From a virus: 41,688 nt of DNA. The position numbers were made by a program, and so were the translations under genes. This document shows, piece by piece, positions 8,463-17,911 of this stretch. The DNA lies in UHGV virus genome UHGV-0112358; one strand, written 5' to 3'. Position 1 is the stretch's first letter; each line of letters begins with the position of its first letter. A model generated the notes under the pieces. The model was not told where the DNA came from, searched no databases, and worked only from the letters and a program-made list of their open reading frames with translations.

Positions 8463-8759
8463 ATGGAACAAACAAGTTACAGCAAACTATCACAGCGCGA
8501 CGTTGATCGCGCTGAAACAGATTTACTCATCAACCTGTCAACGCTTACACAGCGCGGTCTGGCAAAGATGATTGGCTGTCATGAATCGAAGATAAGCAGA
8601 ACGGACTGGAGATTTATTGCTTCGGTCTTGTGTGCTTTCGGAATGGCATCAGACATCAGTCCGATTAGCAGGGCTTTTAAGTATGCGCTTGATGGAATCA
8701 CAAAGAAAAAATCCCCGGTGGCCGCCGGGGACTCTAAGCAAATTGATATGCAATTCTGA
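8463..8759 (+). CDS. cII: CII-like transcriptional activator
   Basis: HTH core and C-terminus ...KKKSPVAAGDSKQIDMQF resembling recalled lambda CII (...RSEQIQMEF). Confidence 0.7.
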   Translation: MEQTSYSKLSQRDVDRAETDLLINLSTLTQRGLAKMIGCHESKISRTDWRFIASVLCAFGMASDISPISRAFKYALDGITKKKSPVAAGDSKQIDMQF

Positions 8760-8791
8760 GGGAATTACTGGATCAATCCACAGGAGTCATT

Positions 8792-9637
8792 ATGACAAAT
8801 ACAGCAAAAATACTCAACTTCGGCAGAGGTAACTTTGCCGAACAGGAGCTAAGAGTGGCTGATATCGATGATGGTTACACCAGATTCGCTAACGAGCTGC
8901 TGGAAGCTATCGCAAGTGCCGATTTAACCGCTCGCCAGTTGAAAGTTATGCTGGCCTACGTCCGGAAAACATATGGATTCAATAAGAAAACAGATCGAAT
9001 AGCCGATGAGCAAATTGCTCAGTTAACAGGACTGTCAAGGCAGAATGTTAACAAGGCTAAAAAAGAACTGATTTCAATGAATTGCCTGTTTATGGATGGA
9101 AATAAAATCGGTGTAAACAGGGAGGTATCTGCGTGGCAATTCAGCAAGTGTCTCCAAGTTAGCAACTTTGTCTCGAAGTTAGAGACAAAAAATGTCTCCA
9201 AATTAGAGACACTCAATGTCTCGAAGTTAGAGACACACAAAAGACATTCTTTAAAGACAAAAGAAAATATTAATAAACCCCCTATATCCCCCAAAAAAAT
9301 TTCTCAGAAGTTCGACCCGCTAGAAACAGAGTTGCCTGATTGGTTATCGGCAGAAACATGGTTGTCGTGGGTTACCTATCGCAAGGAGATAGGTAAGTCG
9401 ATCAAGTCTAAGCAAAGCGTCACTCAGGCTATCAACGTTCTAAGCAGAAGTCTGGAGAAGGGATATACACCTGAAGAAATTATAAACCAGAGCATCGCCA
9501 GTGGTTGGCAGGGGATTTTTGAACCCAAGACTCCAAAGGGGAAATCTCAACCGAGGCCGCAGCAGCGAGCTATGCAGGAAAACTTTGCCGCCAAAGATTA
9601 CGGGCAAACTGAAATGCCTTCATGGGCGCAGGAGTGA
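8792..9637 (+). CDS. O: replication initiator O (lambda-O-like N-terminal domain)
   Basis: MTNTAKILNFGRGNFA... matches recalled lambda O N-terminus; iterons inside the gene; C-terminal domain differs. Confidence 0.85.
   Translation: MTNTAKILNFGRGNFAEQELRVADIDDGYTRFANELLEAIASADLTARQLKVMLAYVRKTYGFNKKTDRIADEQIAQLTGLSRQNVNKAKKELISMNCLFMDGNKIGVNREVSAWQFSKCLQVSNFVSKLETKNVSKLETLNVSKLETHKRHSLKTKENINKPPISPKKISQKFDPLETELPDWLSAETWLSWVTYRKEIGKSIKSKQSVTQAINVLSRSLEKGYTPEEIINQSIASGWQGIFEPKTPKGKSQPRPQQRAMQENFAAKDYGQTEMPSWAQE
9149..9235 (+). repeat. origin iterons (ori) inside O
   Basis: TGTCTCGAAGTTAGAGACA at 9169, 9193, 9217 (24-bp period) plus degenerate copy at 9149; each palindromic TGTCTC/GAGACA; followed by A/T-rich stretch 9236-9300. 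Confidence 0.8.
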
Positions 9638-9639
9638 AC

Positions 9640-10485
9640 ATGACGCTGGATGAAAAGATCTCCCAACTGGAGAAAAAACTTGCAGAATTGAGTTCTCCGC
9701 CAATTGCTATCGAGCATACAGCTGTAGAAATTGGCACTGGCATCTGTGAAAAACATGGTGAGTTTGAGCAGCGTAACCGTTACTCGACTGGGCCAATTAA
9801 GTTTGCCTCAAGACCTAGCGAATGCCCGGAATGCATGAGAGATGAGCTTATTCGGCTACAGGCAGAGAAGATTAAAATCGACGAAGAATCACGTAAGCGC
9901 AATGTCGAGTTTCTGTTGAATAATCTTGATATTCCTGAACGATTCAAGGGTTGCACACTACAGAACTACGAGCCAGTCAACGACGATGCAAAGAGAGTGC
10001 TCAGGGTGTGTCAGGCATACGCCAGCAAATGGCCTGAGAGGTTACAGAAAGGCGGTGGGCTGGTTATGTGCGGAAAGCCTGGTACTGGAAAGAATCATCT
10101 TGCACTGGCTATCGCCCGGCACGCAATTACGGAACATCAAAGCTCAGCTATTTTCACAACGGCGCTGAAAATTGCCAGAGAATATAAATCAACATGGTCT
10201 AAAAACTCCACCCGCACAGAGGATGAAGTGATCCGACAGTTCACTAAACCTGACCTGCTAATTATCGATGAGGTTGGTGTGCAGTTTGGAAGCGAGGCGG
10301 AAAAGATGATCATGTTCGAAATCATCAACACCCGCTACGAGTGCATGAAGCCAACAATCCTGATTAGCAACCAGAGCAAAGATGAACTGTCTGCATTCAT
10401 TGGTGAGCGTGTTATTGACAGGATGAATGATGGCGGCGGGTGCACTCTTGCGTTTACATGGGATAGTTACAGGAGCAGATCGTGA
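9640..10485 (+). CDS. DnaC/IstB-type helicase loader ATPase
   Basis: Walker A MCGKPGTGKNHLA, Walker B LLIIDEVG; ATG 9640 with SD AGGAGTG; track ORF starts 9622. Confidence 0.85.
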   Translation: MTLDEKISQLEKKLAELSSPPIAIEHTAVEIGTGICEKHGEFEQRNRYSTGPIKFASRPSECPECMRDELIRLQAEKIKIDEESRKRNVEFLLNNLDIPERFKGCTLQNYEPVNDDAKRVLRVCQAYASKWPERLQKGGGLVMCGKPGTGKNHLALAIARHAITEHQSSAIFTTALKIAREYKSTWSKNSTRTEDEVIRQFTKPDLLIIDEVGVQFGSEAEKMIMFEIINTRYECMKPTILISNQSKDELSAFIGERVIDRMNDGGGCTLAFTWDSYRSRS

Positions 10486-10772
10486 CTGGAAAAGAAATCA
10501 TCCTGGAATATCTGAAAACTCATGAACAATTCTCCCCACATGAATTAGCACTGATCACCGGAATACCAAATAACAGAATCGCTCAAGCAGCAAGGCATAT
10601 GGTGAAACAAGGGAATTTGAGTGTTGTTGAGCGTAAGTGGAAGACGGTTATTTATGCAAAACGCAAAGTGAAGAAGGAGCCAATTAAAAGAAATCCAGAT
10701 GGTACGGGGTGGGGATGTGCAAATCCAATGACGGCGTTTATTAATAGGGCGCTTATGGAGGTAAGGCAATGA
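10482..10772 (+). CDS. hypothetical protein (possible winged-helix)
   Basis: 96-aa ORF, GTG start overlapping upstream stop. Confidence 0.45.
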   Translation: MTGKEIILEYLKTHEQFSPHELALITGIPNNRIAQAARHMVKQGNLSVVERKWKTVIYAKRKVKKEPIKRNPDGTGWGCANPMTAFINRALMEVRQ

Positions 10773-10798
10773 CCATCTACATCACTGAGCTAATAACA

Positions 10799-10826
10799 GG
10801 CCTGCTGGTAATCGCAGGCCTTTTTA
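10799..10826 (+). terminator. rho-independent terminator (tR2-like) before nin region
   Basis: GGCCTGC-tggtaatc-GCAGGCC followed by TTTTT. Confidence 0.6.
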
Positions 10827-10845
10827 TTTGGGGGAGAGGGAAGTC

Positions 10846-11286
10846 ATGAAAAAACTAACCTTTGAAATTCGATCTCCAGCACATCAGCAAAACGCTATTC
10901 ACGCGGTACAGCAAATTCTTCCAGACCCAACCAAACCAATCGTAGTAACCATTCAGGAACGCAACCGCAGCTTAGACCAAAATCGGAAGCTTTGGGCTTG
11001 CCTTGGTGACGTCTCTCGTCAGGTTGAATGGCATGGTCGCTGGCTGGATGCAGAAAGCTGGAAGTGTGTGTTTACCGCAGCATTAAAGCAGCAGGACGTT
11101 GTTCCTAACCTTGCCGGGAATGGCTTTGTGGTAATAGGCCAGTCAACCAGCAGGATGCGTGTAAGCGAATTTGCGGAGCTATTAGAGCTTATACAGGCAT
11201 TCGGTACAGAGCGTGGCGTTAAGTGGTCAGACGAAGCGCGACTGGCTCTCGAATGGAAAGCGCGATGGGGAGATCGGGCTGCATGA
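10846..11286 (+). CDS. ninB: NinB (Orf) recombination mediator
   Basis: MKKLTFEIRSPAHQQNAIHAVQQIL... near-identical to recalled lambda NinB; SD GGAGAGGG. Confidence 0.85.
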   Translation: MKKLTFEIRSPAHQQNAIHAVQQILPDPTKPIVVTIQERNRSLDQNRKLWACLGDVSRQVEWHGRWLDAESWKCVFTAALKQQDVVPNLAGNGFVVIGQSTSRMRVSEFAELLELIQAFGTERGVKWSDEARLALEWKARWGDRAA

Positions 11287-11810
11287 CTATCAAATCAAAT
11301 ACGCCAGCACACGACAAGGACTGCTGGCAAACGCCGCTTTGGCTTTTTGATGCACTGGATATTGAGTTTGGATTCTGGCTGGATTCGGCAGCGAGCGACA
11401 AAAATGCTCTGTGTGCTCACTGGCTAACTGAGGCCGACGACGCGCTCAATTCTGAGTGGGTAAGCCACGGTGCAATCTGGAATAACCCACCGTACAGCAA
11501 TATCAGGCCGTGGGTGGAAAAAGCTGCTGAGCAGTGCATACAACAGCGACAGACGGTAGTTATGCTTGTGCCAGAGGATATGTCAGTCGGATGGTTCAGC
11601 AAGGCTCTGGAGAGTGTCGACGAAGTTCGCATTATCACTGATGGACGGATTAATTTTATCGAACCATCGACAGGGCTGGAGAAGAAGGGAAACAGCAAAG
11701 GCTCCATGCTGCTGATTTGGCGACCGTTCATCAGTCCTCGACGGATGTTTACTACCGTATCCAAAGCGGCATTGATGGCGATCGGGCAGGGTGTCAGGAG
11801 GGCGGCATGA
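11283..11810 (+). CDS. phage-type DNA N6-adenine methyltransferase
   Basis: [14 protein letters not shown]...IWNNPPYS motif; start overlaps ninB stop (ATGA). Confidence 0.75.
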   Translation: MTIKSNTPAHDKDCWQTPLWLFDALDIEFGFWLDSAASDKNALCAHWLTEADDALNSEWVSHGAIWNNPPYSNIRPWVEKAAEQCIQQRQTVVMLVPEDMSVGWFSKALESVDEVRIITDGRINFIEPSTGLEKKGNSKGSMLLIWRPFISPRRMFTTVSKAALMAIGQGVRRAA

Positions 11811-11983
11811 GGCGACAGCGACGAAGTATCACCGACATCATCTGCGAAAACTGCAAATACCTTCCAACGAAACGCTCCAGAAATAAACGCAAGCCAATCC
11901 CAAAAGAATCTGACGTAAAAACCTTCAACTACACGGCTCACCTGTGGGATATCCGGTGGCTAAGACATCGTGCGAGGAAATGA
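11807..11983 (+). CDS. ninE: NinE
   Basis: [23 protein letters not shown]...[14 protein letters not shown] matches recalled lambda NinE. Confidence 0.7.
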   Translation: MRRQRRSITDIICENCKYLPTKRSRNKRKPIPKESDVKTFNYTAHLWDIRWLRHRARK

Positions 11984-12384
11984 CAATGGATTATTCACAG
12001 TTAAGTGATTTTGAAATTAACGTGGCGGTATTCGAATCCATTCATAACGGATCACCGGATTACAAAGAAGGTGAGAATGGCGATATGGTGTTTGTCTCAT
12101 TTGAGGGAGACATTGTAAACGGAGACGCAGTTGAAGTAGAAGTTGAGCGCGGATCCTTTAACCCATGCGTAAACCCAGCAGACGCATGGCCGATTATCAC
12201 TGAAAACAAAATTAGCACCATGTGGATGACAGCGGAAAAAGAATGGTGCGCATGGTCAGGAGGTGATTTAGAGGAAGGTTGTTGGGAATGGGAAAATATT
12301 CCTGACTACTGCTTCTGCGGTGAATCGCCTCTCCGCGCAGCCATGATTGTATTTCTCATGATGCAGGACGCCAATAATGCTTAG
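11980..12384 (+). CDS. hypothetical nin-region protein
   Basis: ATG overlaps ninE stop; acidic/Trp-rich 134-aa product; track ORF starts at GTG 11944. Confidence 0.5.
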   Translation: MTMDYSQLSDFEINVAVFESIHNGSPDYKEGENGDMVFVSFEGDIVNGDAVEVEVERGSFNPCVNPADAWPIITENKISTMWMTAEKEWCAWSGGDLEEGCWEWENIPDYCFCGESPLRAAMIVFLMMQDANNA

Positions 12385-12553
12385 CCCATCCCAATCCCTT
12401 CAATACCAGAAAGAAAGCGTCGAGCGAGCTTTAACGTGCGCTAACTGCGGTCAGAAGCTGCATGTGCTGGAAGTTCACATGTGTGAGCACTGCTGCGCAG
12501 AACTGATGAGCGATCCGAATAGCTCAATGTACGAGGAAGAAGACGATGAATGA
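12377..12553 (+). CDS. ninF: NinF (Cys-rich, 58 aa)
   Basis: [43 protein letters not shown] matches recalled lambda NinF; below track cutoff. Confidence 0.6.
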   Translation: MLSPSQSLQYQKESVERALTCANCGQKLHVLEVHMCEHCCAELMSDPNSSMYEEEDDE

Positions 12554-13268
12554 GTTAATAAATGGCAATGCCATCAAAATGACAAGCATTGAAATCGCTG
12601 AGTTGGTGGGTAAGCGTCATGACAATGTGAAACGTACCATCGAAACGCTGGCTAAAAATGGTGTTATCCGGCTTCCTCAAATTGAGGTTTCCGAAAGAAT
12701 CAATAACTTAGGGTTCAATGTTCAGTACGAGCATTACGTCTTCGAGGGCGAACAAGGTAAGCGAGACAGTATTGTCGTTGTAGCCCAGTTGTCGCCGGAA
12801 TTCACGGCTCGCCTTGTTGACCGTTGGCGAGAGCTTGAAGAAGCTGCGGTTAATATCCCAAAAACGCTACCAGAAGCGTTGCGCCTTGCTGCTGACCTTG
12901 CTGAGCAGAAAATGCAACTGGAAAACCAGCTCGCAATTGCCGCACCTAAAGTTGAGTTTGCCGATCGCGTTGGCGAGGCCAGCGGAATTTTGATTGGAAA
13001 CTTTGCAAAGGTTGTTGGAATTGGTCCAAACAAACTGTTTGCGTGGATGCGCGATCACAAAATCCTTATTGCTTCAGGTTCCCGGCGCAATGTGCCAATG
13101 CAGGAATATATGGATCGCGGCTATTTCACAGTGAAAGAAACAGCGTTCAACACAAATCACGGAATACAGATATCGTTCACCACAAAAATCACCGGGCGTG
13201 GTCAACAGTGGCTGACCAGAAGGCTGCTCTATAGCGGAATGCTGAAAGTAACAGGGGAGGCTGCTTAA
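12546..13268 (+). CDS. Rha-family regulatory / antirepressor-like protein
   Basis: N-terminal motif SIEIAELVGKRHDNVKRTIETL; C-terminal antirepressor-like domain; SD GAGGAAG. Confidence 0.65.
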   Translation: MNELINGNAIKMTSIEIAELVGKRHDNVKRTIETLAKNGVIRLPQIEVSERINNLGFNVQYEHYVFEGEQGKRDSIVVVAQLSPEFTARLVDRWRELEEAAVNIPKTLPEALRLAADLAEQKMQLENQLAIAAPKVEFADRVGEASGILIGNFAKVVGIGPNKLFAWMRDHKILIASGSRRNVPMQEYMDRGYFTVKETAFNTNHGIQISFTTKITGRGQQWLTRRLLYSGMLKVTGEAA

Positions 13269-13558
13269 TGGCTAAACTACGCAAAGAAGCGCGCGGCAGA
13301 GAATGCCAGGTACGTATTTACGGCGTATGCAATGGCAACCCTGAAACTACAGTTCTGGCACATTACCGGATGGCTGGAATTTGCGGAACGGGAATGAAGC
13401 CTGACGACCTGATCGGAGCATGGGCTTGTAGCGCGTGTCACGATGAAATCGACCGACGCACCCATAAACTCGACAACAAAGACGCCAGACTTTACCACCT
13501 GGAAGGCGTGATCAGGACGCAGGCGATACTGCTGAAGGAGGGGAAGATTAAGCCATGA
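13268..13558 (+). CDS. YbcO-like small Cys-rich protein (DUF1364-like)
   Basis: 96 aa with Cys/His pattern (ECQVRIYGVC...CSACHDE); sits before rusA as in lambdoid nin regions. Confidence 0.5.
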   Translation: MAKLRKEARGRECQVRIYGVCNGNPETTVLAHYRMAGICGTGMKPDDLIGAWACSACHDEIDRRTHKLDNKDARLYHLEGVIRTQAILLKEGKIKP

Positions 13559-13917
13559 ACGAATATCAGTTTGTGCTTCCATACCCGCCGTCGGTGAACA
13601 CCTACTGGCGAAGACGGGGAAGCCAATACTACATCAGCGATAAAGGCCAGAAATACCGAAAAGACGTTCAGCAAATCATCCGCCAACTTAAGTTAGACAT
13701 TTTCACCAAATCACGACTCCGCATCAAAGTCATCGCAGACGTTCCAGACTCCCGCCGCCGCGACCTCGACAACATCCTGAAAGGTTTACTCGACTCCCTT
13801 ATCCACGCCGGATTTGCGGAAGACGACGAGCAATTCGATGACATTCGCGTAATTCGTGGTGTGAAAGTACCAGGCGGACGGCTTGGAATAAAAATCACCG
13901 AACTGGAGAACGCATGA
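13555..13917 (+). CDS. rusA: RusA Holliday-junction resolvase
   Basis: 120 aa, MNEYQFVLPYPPSVNTYWRRRG...DLDNILKGLLDSL typical RusA. Confidence 0.85.
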   Translation: MNEYQFVLPYPPSVNTYWRRRGSQYYISDKGQKYRKDVQQIIRQLKLDIFTKSRLRIKVIADVPDSRRRDLDNILKGLLDSLIHAGFAEDDEQFDDIRVIRGVKVPGGRLGIKITELENA

Positions 13918-14102
13918 ACGCCACAATTCAAACGATACCAGAGCTTCTTATCCAGACACGAGGCAATCAGACCGAAGTGGCGAGGATGCTTTCCTGTGCA
14001 AGAGGAACAGTGCTCAAGTACAACCGAGACAGCAAAGGCGAGCGTCACGTAATAGTTAACGGCGTCCTGATGGTCAAACAAGGCAAGAGGGGAAGACGAT
14101 GA
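13914..14102 (+). CDS. ninH: NinH
   Basis: ...YGNQTEVARMLSCARGTVLKYNRD... resembles recalled lambda NinH. Confidence 0.65.
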   Translation: MNATIQTIPELLIQTRGNQTEVARMLSCARGTVLKYNRDSKGERHVIVNGVLMVKQGKRGRR

Positions 14103-14722
14103 GACTCGAAAGCGTAGCTAAATTTCATTCGCCAAAAAGCCCGATGATGAGCGACTCACCACGGGCTACGGCTTCTGACTCTCTTTCCGGTACTGATGTG
14201 ATGGCTGCTATGGGGATGGCGCAATCACAAGCCGGATTCGGAATGGCTGCATTCTGTGGTAAGCACGAACTCAGCCAGAACGACAAACAAAAGGCTATCA
14301 ACTATCTGATGCAATTTGCACACAAGGTATCGGGGAAATACCGTGGCGTGGCAAAGCTTGAAGGAAATACTAAGGCAAAGGTACTGCAAGTGCTCGCAAC
14401 ATTCGCTTATGCGGATTATTGCCGTAGTGCCGCGACGCCGGGCGCAAGATGCAGAGATTGCCACGGTACAGGCCGTGCGGTTGATATAGCCAAAACGGAG
14501 CAGTGGGGGAGAGTTGTTGAGAAAGAGTGCGGAAGATGCAAAGGTGTCGGCTATTCAAGAATGCCAGCAAGCGCCGCATATCGCGCTGTAACGATGCTAA
14601 TCCCAAACCTTACTCAACCCACCTGGTCACGCACTGTTAAGCCGCTGTATGACGCTCTGGTGGTGCAATGCCACAAAGAAGAGTCAATTGCAGACAACAT
14701 TTTGAATGCGGTCACACGTTAG
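14099..14722 (+). CDS. Q: late-gene antiterminator Q
   Basis: 207 aa, MRLESVAKFHSPKSPMMSDSP... with zinc-finger CRDCHGTG...CGRCKG; near-identical to recalled lambda Q. Confidence 0.9.
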   Translation: MRLESVAKFHSPKSPMMSDSPRATASDSLSGTDVMAAMGMAQSQAGFGMAAFCGKHELSQNDKQKAINYLMQFAHKVSGKYRGVAKLEGNTKAKVLQVLATFAYADYCRSAATPGARCRDCHGTGRAVDIAKTEQWGRVVEKECGRCKGVGYSRMPASAAYRAVTMLIPNLTQPTWSRTVKPLYDALVVQCHKEESIADNILNAVTR

Positions 14723-14764
14723 CGGCATGATTGCCACGGATGGCAACATATTAACGACATGATA

Positions 14765-14793
14765 TTGACTTTTTGAATAAAGTTGGGTAAATT
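14765..14793 (+). promoter_or_regulatory. late promoter pR' with qut region
   Basis: -35 TTGACT (14765-14770), 17-nt spacer, -10 TAAATT (14788-14793), lambda-like. Confidence 0.6.
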
Positions 14794-14829
14794 TGACTCA
14801 ACGATGGATAAATGCACTCGTTAAATAAA

Positions 14830-14858
14830 GCCCTGAGTTAATAGCTCGGGGCTTTTTG
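14830..14858 (+). terminator. tR'-like terminator of short pR' leader RNA
   Basis: GCCCTGAG-ttaatag-CTCGGGGC followed by TTTTT about 35 nt after predicted start. Confidence 0.6.
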
Positions 14859-15832
14859 CGTTTGCACAACAGGTAAGAGCATTCTCCCTTATGGGGCTTG
14901 GCTTAAATGCACCGAGTGCTCTTATCGTTGTGGCAGCACAACGATAGTTTTCGTCAGAGTTGGCGACTTTGCGGGTTTTTAGAAACTGACCACAAAGATA
15001 AATGCAAACGATGATTTGATGTTGATGGCGGCCTAAGAAACCAAAGTCACGGGGTCTTCCGATTCCCCGCTACCAAATTCGGCGCAGTGGCCCGCTGTGA
15101 TTAATAATGGGCACCCAATAATGAGAGCGTTGGACAGTGGCGATGAGATTTCGCAACCCAGGAGCCAATAGATCGGGGATAGTGCGCATAATACCGATTG
15201 AGGTGAGTGCTGGAATAAGCATCGGGAGTCATGACCCAACATGATGCGGGAAAGCCAGCCACCGAGAGACCCGGCAGGGTAAACCGGCCTTCCGCTTGGT
15301 TATCAAGCAATAATAGCGCTCTCATTCGTGGGTAACAACGGGCATGTCGCCTTAGTAAATCCCTCAAGGGTGCGACGCATAGACCGGTACTAGCGTCGCC
15401 GTTAGCTCCACGAAACGGAGCGCACAACAGGTAAGAGTATTTGTAGAGTTCGACTCTCTACCGTGGGATTTTTTCCGCGATGCGAGCCATAAATGCTCTT
15501 TCCGTTGTGCTGAATTAAGCGAATGCCGGAAGCAGAACCGGATCACCAAATGCGTACAGGCGTCATCGCCGCCCAGCAACAGCACAACCCAAACTTAGCC
15601 GTAGCCACTGGCTATCCTGAACTCATCAGTGATAGTTATGCTGCGGCCTTCTACGCATGACCTTCGTGAAAGCGGGTGGCAAGAGGCTGCGCTAACAACC
15701 TCCTGCCGTTTTGCCCGTGCATATCGGTCACGAACAAATCTGATTACTAAACACAGTAGCCTGGATTTGTTCTATCAGTAATCGACCTTATTCCTAATTA
15801 AATAGAGCAAATCCCCTTATTGGGGGTAAGAC

Positions 15833-16156
15833 ATGAAGATGCCAGAAAAACATGACCTGTTAGCCGCCATTCTCGCGGCAAAGGAACAAGGCATCGGGGC
15901 AATCCTTGCGTTTGCAATGGCGTACCTTCGCGGCAGATATAATGGCGGTGCGTTTACAAAAACAGTAATCGACGCAACGATGTGCGCCATTATCGCCTGG
16001 TTCATTCGTGACCTTCTCGACTTAGCCGGACTAAGTAGCAATCTCGCTTATATAACGAGCGTGTTCATCGGCTACATCGGTACTGACTCGATTGGTTCGC
16101 TTATCAAACGCTTCGCTGCTAAAAAAGCCGGAGTAGAAGATGGTGGAAATCAATAA
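15833..16156 (+). CDS. S: holin S (dual-start MKM)
   Basis: [34 protein letters not shown]... near-identical to recalled lambda S. Confidence 0.9.
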   Translation: MKMPEKHDLLAAILAAKEQGIGAILAFAMAYLRGRYNGGAFTKTVIDATMCAIIAWFIRDLLDLAGLSSNLAYITSVFIGYIGTDSIGSLIKRFAAKKAGVEDGGNQ

Positions 16157-16616
16157 TCAACGTAAGGCGTTCCTCGATATGCTGGCGTGGTCAGAGGGAA
16201 CTGATAACGGACGACAGAAAACCAGAAATCATGGTTATGACGTCATTGTAGGTGGAGAGCTATTCACTGATTACTCCGATCACCCTCGTAAACTTGTCAC
16301 GCTAAACCCAAAACTCAAATCAACAGCAGCCGGTCGCTATCAGCTTCTTTCCCGTTGGTGGGATTCCTATCGTAAGCAGCTTGGCCTGAAAGACTTCTCT
16401 CCGAAAAGCCAAGACGCTGTGGCATTGCAGCAGATTAAAGAGCGTGGCGCTTTACCGATGATTGATCGCGGTGATATCCGTCAGGCTATCGATCGTTGCA
16501 GCAATATCTGGGCTTCACTGCCGGGCGCTGGTTATGGTCAGTTCGAGCATAAGGCTGACAACCTGATTGCAAAATTCAAAGAAGCTGGCGGAACGGTCAG
16601 AGAGATTGAGGTATGA
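16140..16616 (+). CDS. R: endolysin R (lytic transglycosylase)
   Basis: [35 protein letters not shown]... near-identical to recalled lambda R. Confidence 0.9.
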   Translation: MVEINNQRKAFLDMLAWSEGTDNGRQKTRNHGYDVIVGGELFTDYSDHPRKLVTLNPKLKSTAAGRYQLLSRWWDSYRKQLGLKDFSPKSQDAVALQQIKERGALPMIDRGDIRQAIDRCSNIWASLPGAGYGQFEHKADNLIAKFKEAGGTVREIEV

Positions 16617-17050
16617 GCAGAGTCACCGCGATTATTTCCGCTCTGGTTATCTGCATCATCGTCTGTCTGTCATGGGCTGTTAATCATTACCGTGATAACG
16701 CCATCGCCTACAAAGACCAGCGCGATAAAGCCACGTACATCATCGCTGACATGCAGAAGCGTCAACGTGATGTGGCTGAACTCGATGCCAGATATACAAA
16801 GGAACTTGCTGATGCTAACGCGACTATCGAAAGTCTCCGTGCTGATGTTTCTGCTGGGCGTAAGCGCCTGCAAGTCGCCGCCACCTGTGCAAAGTCAACG
16901 ACCGGAGCCAGCAGCATGGGCGATGGAGAAAGCCCAAGACTTACAGCAGATGCTGAACTCAATTATTACCGTCTCCGAAGTGGGATCGACAGGATAACCG
17001 CGCAGGTTAACTACCTGCAGGAGTACATCAGGACGCAATGCCTTCGATGA
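16613..17050 (+). CDS. Rz: i-spanin Rz
   Basis: [31 protein letters not shown]...; follows R with overlapping start. Confidence 0.85.
   Translation: MSRVTAIISALVICIIVCLSWAVNHYRDNAIAYKDQRDKATYIIADMQKRQRDVAELDARYTKELADANATIESLRADVSAGRKRLQVAATCAKSTTGASSMGDGESPRLTADAELNYYRLRSGIDRITAQVNYLQEYIRTQCLR
16812..16997 (+). CDS. Rz1: o-spanin Rz1 (embedded lipoprotein)
   Basis: Alternate frame inside Rz; [20 protein letters not shown] lipobox then Pro-rich tail; SD AAGGA. Confidence 0.7.
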   Translation: MLTRLSKVSVLMFLLGVSACKSPPPVQSQRPEPAAWAMEKAQDLQQMLNSIITVSEVGSTG

Positions 17051-17224
17051 TAGCGATAATTTTACTCATCATCCTTCACATCTGGCTCTGTAGACAGGGT
17101 GGTGATCACTTCTGGAGTGAATCCAGATTAAACATCTCATTGCTGATGCTTGATATTGAGCATCTGGCGCGCGGTAAGGGGCTGCGTTGAGATAAGAGCC
17201 AGTTCATTACAAATACCAGGATTT

Positions 17225-17250
17225 AGCCTCGCATTCGCGGGGCTTTTTAT
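17225..17250 (+). terminator. rho-independent terminator after lysis cassette
   Basis: GCCTCGC-attc-GCGGGGC followed by TTTTTAT. Confidence 0.5.
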
Positions 17251-17392
17251 ATCTGAATTTCACAGCGCATCTCACGCGCATATTAACGAGAGCCTTTCAG
17301 TAAGCGAGCCTGAGAAATGCCGTTATAGGTGGCGACCTCTCTCGGGCGGCTTTTCTGTGAGACAGGCTCACTTTCTAAAAGGTAAAGACGCT

Positions 17393-17911
17393 ATGAATCA
17401 TCAATTGGCTAATCTCGATTTCCGGGACATGGTGGTTGTTTCTGGTGATCGCGTGATCACAACCTCCCGCAAGGTAGCAGCTTACTTCGACAAGCAGCAT
17501 CACCACATCATTCAGAAAATCGAAAAGCTAGACTGTTCGGATGAATTTCTAACCAGCAACTTTTCGCGGGTTACCTATGAACACAAGGGTAATCAGTATG
17601 TTGAATATGAAATTTCCAAAGACGGCGCTATGTACATCATCATGTCGTTTACCGGCAAAAAAGCTGCCGCCATCAAAGAGGCGTTTATCAAAGCATTTAA
17701 TTGGATGCGTGACAGGCTGATGGAGATGGCTCACTCATACCAAAGAGAGCACAACGAGTTAATGCTGGAGTTCATGAAGGAAAAGGATGTTGCCAGTATG
17801 TCAGGACGCTTGCTGAACCGCTGGGGCAGGATCAAAAAACCGCAACTCATAGCAAGAATCAAAATGCTTGAGCAGCAGGCGCAAATATCGATCCCCGGAC
17901 TGCCAAAGTGA
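17393..17911 (+). CDS. Rha-family phage regulatory protein
   Basis: MNHQLANLDFRDMVVVSGDRVITTSRKVAAYFDKQHHHIIQKIEKL...FTGKKAAAIKEAFIKAFNWM; track ORF starts upstream at 17150. Confidence 0.65.
   Translation: MNHQLANLDFRDMVVVSGDRVITTSRKVAAYFDKQHHHIIQKIEKLDCSDEFLTSNFSRVTYEHKGNQYVEYEISKDGAMYIIMSFTGKKAAAIKEAFIKAFNWMRDRLMEMAHSYQREHNELMLEFMKEKDVASMSGRLLNRWGRIKKPQLIARIKMLEQQAQISIPGLPK

Noticed and set aside
9149-9235. Tandem repeats as a possible CRISPR array, and the minus-strand ORF 9019..9294
   Set aside because: The repeats are 19-bp palindromic iterons at 24-bp spacing inside the O reading frame with an adjacent A/T-rich stretch, the classic lambdoid origin; the antisense ORF is a by-product of the repeats.
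15260-15330. Weak resemblance to RNase P RNA conserved strands (GGGAAAGCCAGCC / GAGACCCGGC)
   Set aside because: The two segments are adjacent rather than about 300 nt apart and other conserved RNase P regions are missing.
15444-15475. Possible tRNA gene (T-arm-like TAGAG-TTCGACT-CTCTA followed by CCGTGGGA)
   Set aside because: No matching 5' acceptor strand, D-arm or anticodon arm within the expected 48 nt upstream; at most a tRNA 3' fragment.
15033-15585. Three overlapping minus-strand ORFs in the Q-S spacer
   Set aside because: No plausible RBS, Cys/Arg/His-biased composition, and they would be antisense to the late transcript; the region is treated as non-coding.
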